Source: Lingula anatina
Lineage: Eukaryota; Animalia; Brachiopoda
Reading direction: 5' to 3'
NCBI GenBank assembly: GCA_051362555.1
Contig: CM120640.1
Location: 18,538,001 to 18,602,000, forward strand
Length of the DNA stretch: 64,000 nt
A program made the position numbers and the translations under genes. Under the pieces are notes generated by a model. That model saw nothing but the letters and a program-made list of their open reading frames with translations. It searched no databases and had not been told where the DNA came from. Shown here in pieces: positions 27,101-39,100 of the stretch (its first letter is position 1; each line of letters starts with the position of its first letter).

Positions 27101-30100
27101 GTCACACAAACAATTTTACATATCTTATTAGTTCAATAATGAGACTGTTAACATGCCTAACAATTCAATCTGAGGAAATAAGAAAAAACAGCATAACTTC
27201 TAAAAGAATGGCCCGATTATGCTGATTTTGGAACTCAACCTGCGTTTTAGTTAGTTTGACTACTCCTGTGAGTATAATGACAATTGGCCTATCTGTTTTT
27301 CTTATATTGTGTTATTAGCGTTGCATATATGTTGAAAGAAGTGAAAAAACAGCATTACTTCCCTAAAAATGGCCCGATCATGCTGATTTTCGAACTTGAC
27401 CTGCGTATTATAAATATTCATCAGATCTGTAAGTTTCAAGCCAAAAAGTAAAATGGTTTTCCACTTATCGTGTTATCGGTGCTGTATATATGCTGAAACA
27501 AGGCAGCAAAGCTGTCAAATGTACAGACAAAAACCAGAAAATAAAAACGCAGGAAATAGGATACTGTCAATTCTGATGAACTAATGTATTATGCTTACTG
27601 TAACTGCATAGCCAACATCAAATTCTTATTCTGCATAACACTGGATTAGGATGAAAGTAAAATGTGTATCAAGCATCAGACTAAGTTCCCATACCTAGAT
27701 CAATCTAACAGGATCAATCCAACTCCAAGGGGTTTCTCACTAAATTGCTTTCAGTTTGAGAGTCTTAGGATTCTGGCATGCCAGTTTCAGTAGGCGTGAG
27801 AGACAACTAAGCCACTTACATTGATTGCAATTTAGCGAGAATTCCCATGGAGATAGATCGATCCACAGTTAGCGTGATAGGGTCTGGAAATAGTCCCTAA
27901 GGTGTCAGGCTGATAAGAGTTAAACTTTGGAAATGCCAGAATGAGGTACAGTGAAAATTACACACACACACAAAAAAAATTGCTTAAACTCATAATATAT
28001 ATATATATATATATAATTAATTTTTTTTTTTTTTGGGCTGTATGTCAATCCTAAGAATCATTCTTGTAACTTAACAAAATACAGAAAATGTTACAAAGTA
28101 AGAGTACAGGGCTCCTGGCAGATGGGAGTGATAAGTCAAAACTTGAAAATGCCAGTATAGCACTCTATAAACCTGCATTGCCTCCAAAACAGAAAACAAT
28201 CACATTGGTTTTCAAACACAAGCTGCGCACTTCTGTCTTATGAAACTTTTCACTAAGTTTCAGTATCGTAAGTAACATGGTTTTCCCTTAATCGCTATCC
28301 TGGCAGCAGTGTCCAAAATAGGGTTTTCTTCAACTTTCATGCAATAAAACATAATACTTAACAGCATAATGACTACAAATTTTTTATAAAAAAATAAAAG
28401 TATCATGAATATTCAGAAAATGTGATTTGGGAAGGTCTTCAAGGCCATGGAAGTTCAGAGTCACACTTTCAAAATGCCAAAATGTAAACAAGAGATAACT
28501 GTACTGAAATGATTTTCTTTCCATTTTCAACACCTTTTTTAAAACAAAATGATCAATAAACTGTCATTTTTAAATGTTCAACTAGGAAAATTGCTGACAT
28601 AGGAAAAATAGCAATAGAACAATTTTCAATGTCCCATTTGCTCCATTTGCAGATGCTGAACATAGTAAATGATTAAATCTGACAAACTGCAATTTTTTTA
28701 AACAACGTTTATTCAAAAGAATGAAGTGGAGGCAAGGCGCTGGAAGCATTATATGCTCTCCACAAAATTATATTAAATAAGTAAATAAATAAATAAAACA
28801 AATGGATAGGTATATACATATATACAACAGAGTAAATGTAAAACTTCATATATATATCAGGAGCACAAGTAAAGTACAGAAAGAAAGAAGAGGAAAAGAG
28901 ATAATACCTATTAAGTGATAACAAAGTTTACGAGAAGAAAATTTGCAACAGTGTCGAAGATAATTTCATTTTGGGTGGGTGATAAGGATTTATGACCGTA
29001 GAGAAATAACGACAGCTTTTCTTTTTGTGTTTTGAAAGAGGTCTTGCTTGCATGTAGAGTTTCATTTATTTTTTGGTAAAGGGGAGGGTACTTTGAATTG
29101 AGTAAAGGGCATCTGAAGAAAAAGTGAAGAGGGGTTTCAAGGGCACCACAGGTGCAGTGTGGTGTATCAATAGTAGTCCAGTTATGCCTAAACAATTCTG
29201 CTCTAAATAAACAACCGACCCTCGCTCTGTTAAGAATTTTTTCATGATTTCTGTTCAAGTTTAGTGTTGTTGTTGAAAGCGACCCAGCAGTGAGGTGTTT
29301 TTTTATCGAGTTCTTGAAAGATGAGATTGAAGGTAAAGATTTAGTGGAGGAGGAGAGTTGATCCCATGAAGACATCAGAAAATAGTTAACTGAGGTACGG
29401 GGGTATTTAGGAGGAAGTTTAAAGTCTCTTTTGTTATTTTCTCGGGTTATGATTGGAAAAGGGTTTCTGAATGGGCGGAATATATCAGAAACATAGGAGG
29501 GGACCAAATTCGCCATGACTGAAAACATAATTTTTTGAGCATGCATTTTTCTTCTATCAAATAGAGAAATCCAATTTAGTTGTTCAAATATTTTGGAGGT
29601 ACAAGAGCTAGGTAAGGCTCCCAGTACTATTTTGCCGGCTTGGTATTGAAGAGACGATAGTTTCGATAATTTCTTCTGGAGTGAGTTATGATAGAAGATG
29701 TCACAGTAATCAAATTGTGATTGGATAAAGGCATTATATATAACATTTAAATGTTTGGACCTAACTTTGCAGTATAGAGGTTTTAGTGCATTTACGGCCC
29801 GTTGAACCTTTTCGCAAACATAATCAGTATGATCATTAAAATTTAGTTTTGAATCAAGTACTAGTCCCAGGTGTTTGTGGCTCTTTGTCCTAGGTATCAT
29901 GGTATTGTTTATATACAATTCAGGGTATGTACTATTATCATTTTCTTTGCCGAATATAATTTCGCGGCACTTTGCCGGTTTAAAATTGAGTTTCCATTTA
30001 TTGGACCAATTTTCAATGGTACGTAGGTCACCTTGTAATATAGCATGTGAATCAACATCTCCCCGACGCGAGGGCATAAAGAGGGAAGTATCATCCGCAT

Positions 30101-33100
30101 AGATGAAACAATCAGTAGAGAGTCCGTCAGGGAGGTCATTTATATATATGAGAAAAAGTAATGGGCCAAGTATGCTACCTTGGGGTACACTTGTATTTAT
30201 GTAACCTCCCTTAGATAAATTAGACGATTTCCCACCAACACGTACTTTAACTCTTCTATTAGTCAAGTACGATGACAATAGTGCATGAAGTTTGCCGGTT
30301 AGACCGTAAGACTTGAGTTTAAGGAGAAGGAGTGAATGGGGAACTCTGTCGAAAGCAGCCTCTATATCGAGAAAGACTCCTCTGGTGTCATAACCATTAA
30401 TAGAATTACTCGTAATTAAATTATGAATCGCCAAGAGCTGGTGCTCTGTGCTATGACCCTTCAAAAAGCCGGATTGTTTAGGGTATAGGAGTTTGTTGTT
30501 CAGAATAAAGTTAATCACTCTATTATATATTATTCGCTCTAAAATCTTAGATATAATACTAAGTAAAGAAATTGGTCTATAGTTTGAAATAGATTTTTTA
30601 TCATCTTTTTTAAAGATTGGGCAAATTTCGGCAATTTTCCAGATGTTGGGGAAGGTATTAGACTGTATAATTGCGTTGAACAGAATATTTAGGGGCTTCA
30701 CCACGGAGTTTTTGGTAAGTTTTATCATCTTGACGGTAATCAGGTCAGGGCCGTTAGCTTTAGATGGGTCTAAATCATCAATTATCGATTTAATTTCACT
30801 AATAGTGGATTGTATCTGAGATAGGGAAGCATCAGTTCTTACAGGAAAGAGAATTTCGCCAACATTTGCTACAGAGTCCGAGTGGTACATTGATGAGAAA
30901 TAGGACAGAAATTCATCAGCCTTTTCTTGATCAGTAGAAGCGACAGATCCATTTCTCGGGTTATTGAGAATAGGAATAGAAGACGATCGCTGTTTCCCAA
31001 GAATATTTTTCATTACGGTCCAGTATGATTTACTATCATCACCTTTATTGTCGAGGCTCTCTATTTTAGAATTAAGGAATGATTCTTTTGTTTTAATTAT
31101 TAATTCTTTAACTTTTATCGCCTGATTTTTGTAATTATTTTCATTCCTTTCTGAAGGTTTAATCCTCATTTTTTTATATAGTTTCTTTTTCTTATTTAAC
31201 TCATGCTTGATGAGTTCCTTTCCATTTATGATACTTTATTACACAATGCACAATATTATAACAGGTTTACCATCATTTTTATATAATCAACAAACAATAT
31301 TGTTAAGAAGCAGAAAATGTCAAAACAACACTTTTACATATCTTATTAGTTCCATAATGAGACTGTTAACATGCCTAAGAATTAAATCTGAAGAAATAAC
31401 AATTATATACAAAAATACAGAAAATGCACAGCACTTCTGGTGGATGGGAGTATAAAATCACATCTTGAAGATGCTTGTGTTTGAAAAATAATTTAAAAAA
31501 ATTTTTTAAATAAAACGTAAAAAATTCCAATAAAGCTGCTATTCAAACTTTTAATCTAGCTGTATTAACTTGATATTAATAACCCCACCAAGTTTGAGAA
31601 AAATAAAGCACTGTTATTCATCTATAGCATGTTGGCATAACACATTCTTTTTGTTGTAAATTTATTTGCAATGTTAAACACCATTTATCTGCACAATTAT
31701 CACCAAATCCTAATTTTGTGACACAGTTAAGAGAGCTAAACCTATGGGACTTTACAGGGAAATCTCAAGGAGTGTTTTATGTAATCTCATTTAATAGCCA
31801 ATTGAAAATTAATGAGTAGGCAAGTGACTTTATAGACCTTAATTTAATTAGTGATCACCCAAGGGACAATTTTATAGACTGTCATCCATACAGTACCATC
31901 ATATAGCACAAAGGTGTTGCGTACATGCTGAAAAAAGTGAAAAAAACAGCATTACTTCCCTAAAAATGACCCGATGATGCTGATTTTCAAACTTGACCTG
32001 CGTATTATGAATATTCATTAGTTCTGCAAGTTTCAAACCAAAAGGTAAAATGGTTTTCCACTTATCATGTTATCAGTGTTGCATATATGCTGAAAAAAGT
32101 GAAAAACAGCATAACTTCCCTAAAAATGACCCAATCATACTGATTTTCAAACTTGACCTGTGTATTATGAATATTCATCAGTTCTGTAAGTTTGAAACCA
32201 AAAGGTAAAATGATTTTCCACTTATCGTGTTATCGGTGCTGCATATATGCTGAAAAAAGTGAAAAAACAGCATAACTACCCTAAAAATGACCCGATAATG
32301 CTGATTTTCAAACTTGACCTGCGTAATATGAATATTCATTACTTCTGCAAGTTTCAAGCCAAAAGGTAAAATGATTTTTCACTTATCATGTTATCAGTGT
32401 TGCATATATGGTGAAAAAAGTGAAAAACAGCATTACTTCCCTAAAAATGACCCGATCATGCTGATTTTCGAACTTGACCTGCGTATTATGAATATTCATC
32501 AGTTTTGTAAGTTTCAAGGGAAAAGGTAAAATGGTTTTCCACTTATCCTGTTATCGGTGCTGCATATATGCTGAAACAAGACAGCACTGTTCTGCAATGG
32601 GTTTACTTCCATTTTTAAAACACTTTTTTAACATAAAACAAAATAAACAGTTTTCTGCCATTTGTATATGATCAACTAAGAAAATTGATGAGATGGGAAA
32701 AATATCAATAGAACAGTGTTAAATGTGCAATTTCCTCCATTCTGAGATAATGAATATAGTAGATGATTGAATCTGACAAACTGCAATGATATTTGTTTAT
32801 TTCCATTTTTGACACTTTATAACATAATACACAATAATAAGTTTACCATCATTTTTACATAATCAACTAACAATGTTATTAAGATGCAGGAAATGTCACA
32901 CAAACAATTTTACATATCTTATTAGTTCAATAATGAGACTGTTAACATGCCTAACAATTCAATCTGAGGAAATAAGAAAAAACAGCATAACTTCTAAAAG
33001 AATGGCCCGATTATGCTGATTTTGGAACTCAACCTGCATTTTAGTTAGTTTGACTACTCCTGTGAGTATAATGACAATTGGCCTATCTGTTTTTCTTATA

Positions 33101-36100
33101 TTGTGTTATTAGCGTTGCATATATGTTGAAAGAAGTGAAAAAACAGCATTACTTCCCTAAAAATGGCCCGATCATGCTGATTTTCGAACTTGACCTGCGT
33201 ATTATAAATATTCATCAGATCTGTAAGTTTCAAGCCAAAAAGTAAAATGGTTTTCCACTTATCGTGTTATCGGTGCTGTATATATGCTGAAACAAGGCAG
33301 CAAAGCTGTCAAATGTACAGACAAAAACCAGAAAATAAAAACGCAGGAAATAGGATACTGTCAATTCTGATGAACTAATGTATTATGCTTACTGTAACTG
33401 CATAGCCAACATCAAATTCTTATTCTGCATAACACTGGATTAGGATGAAAGTAAAATGTGTATCAAGCATCAGACTAAGTTCCCATACCTAGATCAATCT
33501 AACAGGATCAATCCAACTCCAAGGGGTTTCTCACTAAATTGCTTTCAGTTTGAGAGTCTTAGGATTCTGGCATGCCAGTTTCAGTAGGCGTGAGAGACAA
33601 CTAAGCCACTTACATTGATTGCAATTTAGCGAGAATTCCCATGGAGATAGATCGATCCACAGTTAGCGTGATAGGGTCTGGAAATAGTCCCTAAGGTGTC
33701 AGGCTGATAAGAGTTAAACTTTGGAAATGCCAGAATGAGGTACAGTGAAAATTACACACACACACAAAAAAAATTGCTTAAACTCATAATATATATATAT
33801 ATATATATAATTAATTTTTTTTTTTTTTGGGCTGTATGTCAATCCTAAGAATCATTCTTGTAACTTAACAAAATACAGAAAATGTTACAAAGTAAGAGTA
33901 CAGGGCTCCTGGCAGATGGGAGTGATAAGTCAAAACTTGAAAATGCCAGTATAGCACTCTATAAACCTGCATTGCCTCCAAAACAGAAAACAATCACATT
34001 GGTTTTCAAACACAAGCTGCGCACTTCTGTCTTATGAAACTTTTCACTAAGTTTCAGTATCGTAAGTAACATGGTTTTCCCTTAATCGCTATCCTGGCAG
34101 CAGTGTCCAAAATAGGGTTTTCTTCAACTTTCATGCAATAAAACATAATACTTAACAGCATAATGACTACAAATTTTTTATAAAAAAATAAAAGTATCAT
34201 GAATATTCAGAAAATGTGATTTGGGAAGGTCTTCAAGGCCATGGAAGTTCAGAGTCACACTTTCAAAATGCCAAAATGTAAACAAGAGATAACTGTACTG
34301 AAATGATTTTCTTTCCATTTTCAACACCTTTTTTAAAACAAAATGATCAATAAACTGTCATTTTTAAATGTTCAACTAGGAAAATTGCTGACATAGGAAA
34401 AATAGCAATAGAACAATTTTCAATGTCCCATTTGCTCCATTTGCAGATGCTGAACATAGTAAATGATTAAATCTGACAAACTGCAATTTTTTTAAACAAC
34501 GTTTATTCAAAAGAATGAAGTGGAGGCAAGGCGCTGGAAGCATTATATGCTCTCCACAAAATTATATTAAATAAGTAAATAAATAAATAAAACAAATGGA
34601 TAGGTATATACATATATACAACAGAGTAAATGTAAAACTTCATATATATATCAGGAGCACAAGTAAAGTACAGAAAGAAAGAAGAGGAAAAGAGATAATA
34701 CCTATTAAGTGATAACAAAGTTTACGAGAAGAAAATTTGCAACAGTGTCGAAGATAATTTCATTTTGGGTGGGTGATAAGGATTTATGACCGTAGAGAAA
34801 TAACGACAGCTTTTCTTTTTGTGTTTTGAAAGAGGTCTTGCTTGCATGTAGAGTTTCATTTATTTTTTGGTAAAGGGGAGGGTACTTTGAATTGAGTAAA
34901 GGGCATCTGAAGAAAAAGTGAAGAGGGGTTTCAAGGGCACCACAGGTGCAGTGTGGTGTATCAATAGTAGTCCAGTTATGCCTAAACAATTCTGCTCTAA
35001 ATAAACAACCGACCCTCGCTCTGTTAAGAATTTTTTCATGATTTCTGTTCAAGTTTAGTGTTGTTGTTGAAAGCGACCCAGCAGTGAGGTGTTTTTTTAT
35101 CGAGTTCTTGAAAGATGAGATTGAAGGTAAAGATTTAGTGGAGGAGGAGAGTTGATCCCATGAAGACATCAGAAAATAGTTAACTGAGGTACGGGGGTAT
35201 TTAGGAGGAAGTTTAAAGTCTCTTTTGTTATTTTCTCGGGTTATGATTGGAAAAGGGTTTCTGAATGGGCGGAATATATCAGAAACATAGGAGGGGACCA
35301 AATTCGCCATGACTGAAAACATAATTTTTTGAGCATGCATTTTTCTTCTATCAAATAGAGAAATCCAATTTAGTTGTTCAAATATTTTGGAGGTACAAGA
35401 GCTAGGTAAGGCTCCCAGTACTATTTTGCCGGCTTGGTATTGAAGAGACGATAGTTTCGATAATTTCTTCTGGAGTGAGTTATGATAGAAGATGTCACAG
35501 TAATCAAATTGTGATTGGATAAAGGCATTATATATAACATTTAAATGTTTGGACCTAACTTTGCAGTATAGAGGTTTTAGTGCATTTACGGCCCGTTGAA
35601 CCTTTTCGCAAACATAATCAGTATGATCATTAAAATTTAGTTTTGAATCAAGTACTAGTCCCAGGTGTTTGTGGCTCTTTGTCCTAGGTATCATGGTATT
35701 GTTTATATACAATTCAGGGTATGTACTATTATCATTTTCTTTGCCGAATATAATTTCGCGGCACTTTGCCGGTTTAAAATTGAGTTTCCATTTATTGGAC
35801 CAATTTTCAATGGTACGTAGGTCACCTTGTAATATAGCATGTGAATCAACATCTCCCCGACGCGAGGGCATAAAGAGGGAAGTATCATCCGCATAGATGA
35901 AACAATCAGTAGAGAGTCCGTCAGGGAGGTCATTTATATATATGAGAAAAAGTAATGGGCCAAGTATGCTACCTTGGGGTACACTTGTATTTATGTAACC
36001 TCCCTTAGATAAATTAGACGATTTCCCACCAACACGTACTTTAACTCTTCTATTAGTCAAGTACGATGACAATAGTGCATGAAGTTTGCCGGTTAGACCG

Positions 36101-39100
36101 TAAGACTTGAGTTTAAGGAGAAGGAGTGAATGGGGAACTCTGTCGAAAGCAGCCTCTATATCGAGAAAGACTCCTCTGGTGTCATAACCATTAATAGAAT
36201 TACTCGTAATTAAATTATGAATCGCCAAGAGCTGGTGCTCTGTGCTATGACCCTTCAAAAAGCCGGATTGTTTAGGGTATAGGAGTTTGTTGTTCAGAAT
36301 AAAGTTAATCACTCTATTATATATTATTCGCTCTAAAATCTTAGATATAATACTAAGTAAAGAAATTGGTCTATAGTTTGAAATAGATTTTTTATCATCT
36401 TTTTTAAAGATTGGGCAAATTTCGGCAATTTTCCAGATGTTGGGGAAGGTATTAGACTGTATAATTGCGTTGAACAGAATATTTAGGGGCTTCACCACGG
36501 AGTTTTTGGTAAGTTTTATCATCTTGACGGTAATCAGGTCAGGGCCGTTAGCTTTAGATGGGTCTAAATCATCAATTATCGATTTAATTTCACTAATAGT
36601 GGATTGTATCTGAGATAGGGAAGCATCAGTTCTTACAGGAAAGAGAATTTCGCCAACATTTGCTACAGAGTCCGAGTGGTACATTGATGAGAAATAGGAC
36701 AGAAATTCATCAGCCTTTTCTTGATCAGTAGAAGCGACAGATCCATTTCTCGGGTTATTGAGAATAGGAATAGAAGACGATCGCTGTTTCCCAAGAATAT
36801 TTTTCATTACGGTCCAGTATGATTTACTATCATCACCTTTATTGTCGAGGCTCTCTATTTTAGAATTAAGGAATGATTCTTTTGTTTTAATTATTAATTC
36901 TTTAACTTTTATCGCCTGATTTTTGTAATTATTTTCATTCCTTTCTGAAGGTTTAATCCTCATTTTTTTATATAGTTTCTTTTTCTTATTTAACTCATGC
37001 TTGATGAGTTCCTTTCCATTTATGATACTTTATTACACAATGCACAATATTATAACAGGTTTACCATCATTTTTATATAATCAACAAACAATATTGTTAA
37101 GAAGCAGAAAATGTCAAAACAACACTTTTACATATCTTATTAGTTCCATAATGAGACTGTTAACATGCCTAAGAATTAAATCTGAAGAAATAACAATTAT
37201 ATACAAAAATACAGAAAATGCACAGCACTTCTGGTGGATGGGAGTATAAAATCACATCTTGAAGATGCTTGTGTTTGAAAAATAATTTAAAAAAATTTTT
37301 TAAATAAAACGTAAAAAATTCCAATAAAGCTGCTATTCAAACTTTTAATCTAGCTGTATTAACTTGATATTAATAACCCCACCAAGTTTGAGAAAAATAA
37401 AGCACTGTTATTCATCTATAGCATGTTGGCATAACACATTCTTTTTGTTGTAAATTTATTTGCAATGTTAAACACCATTTATCTGCACAATTATCACCAA
37501 ATCCTAATTTTGTGACACAGTTAAGAGAGCTAAACCTATGGGACTTTACAGGGAAATCTCAAGGAGTGTTTTATGTAATCTCATTTAATAGCCAATTGAA
37601 AATTAATGAGTAGGCAAGTGACTTTATAGACCTTAATTTAATTAGTGATCACCCAAGGGACAATTTTATAGACTGTCATCCATACAGTACCATCATATAG
37701 CACAAAGGTGTTGCGTACATGCTGAAAAAAGTGAAAAAAACAGCATTACTTCCCTAAAAATGACCCGATGATGCTGATTTTCAAACTTGACCTGCGTATT
37801 ATGAATATTCATTAGTTCTGCAAGTTTCAAACCAAAAGGTAAAATGGTTTTCCACTTATCATGTTATCAGTGTTGCATATATGCTGAAAAAAGTGAAAAA
37901 CAGCATAACTTCCCTAAAAATGACCCAATCATACTGATTTTCAAACTTGACCTGTGTATTATGAATATTCATCAGTTCTGTAAGTTTGAAACCAAAAGGT
38001 AAAATGATTTTCCACTTATCGTGTTATCGGTGCTGCATATATGCTGAAAAAAGTGAAAAAACAGCATAACTACCCTAAAAATGACCCGATAATGCTGATT
38101 TTCAAACTTGACCTGCGTAATATGAATATTCATTACTTCTGCAAGTTTCAAGCCAAAAGGTAAAATGATTTTTCACTTATCATGTTATCAGTGTTGCATA
38201 TATGGTGAAAAAAGTGAAAAACAGCATTACTTCCCTAAAAATGACCCGATCATGCTGATTTTCGAACTTGACCTGCGTATTATGAATATTCATCAGTTTT
38301 GTAAGTTTCAAGGGAAAAGGTAAAATGGTTTTCCACTTATCGTGTTATCGGTGCTGCATATATGCTGAAACAAGACAGCACTGTTCTGCAATGGGTTTAC
38401 TTCCATTTTTAGAACACTTTTTTAACATAAAACAAAATAAACAGTTTTCTGCCATTTGTATATGATCAACTAAGAAAATTGATGAGATGGGAAAAATATC
38501 AATAGAACAGTGTTAAATGTCCAATTTCCTCCATTCTGAGATAATGAATATAGTAAATGATTGAATCTGACAAACTGCAATGATATTTGTTTATTTCCAT
38601 TTTTGACGCTTTATAACATAATACACAATAACAAGTTTACCATCATTTTTACATAATCAACTAACAATGTTATTGAGATGCAGGAAATGTCAAACAAACA
38701 CTTTTACGTATCTTATTAGTTCAATAATGAGACTGTTAATATGCCTAACAATTCAATCTGAGGAAATAAGAAAAAACAGCATAACTTCTAAAAGAATGGC
38801 ACGATTATGCTGATTTTGGAACTCAACCTGCGTTTTAGTTAGTTTGACTACTCCTGTGAGTATAATGACAATTGGCCTATTTGTTTTTCTTATATTGTGT
38901 TATTAGCGTTACATATATGTTGAAAGAAGTGAAAAAACAGCATAACATCCCTAAAAATGGCCCGATCATGCTGATTTTCAAACTTGACCTGCGTATTTCG
39001 AATATTCATCAGTTTTGTAAGTTTCAAGCCAAAAGGTAAAATGGTTTTCCATTTATGGTGTTATCGGTGCTGCATATATGCTGAAAAAAGAGAAAAAATA

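Noticed and set aside
28693-37001. RT as a retron, group II intron, Penelope or telomerase-like system
   Set aside because: Motifs, 3' UTR with AATAAA and A-tail, and 5' truncation all indicate an ordinary CR1/L2-group LINE.
25421-37249. Three near-identical 82-aa ORFs (25421, 31207, 37001)
   Set aside because: Identity reflects the tandem duplication; no domain or splice support, and the sequence is repeat interior.
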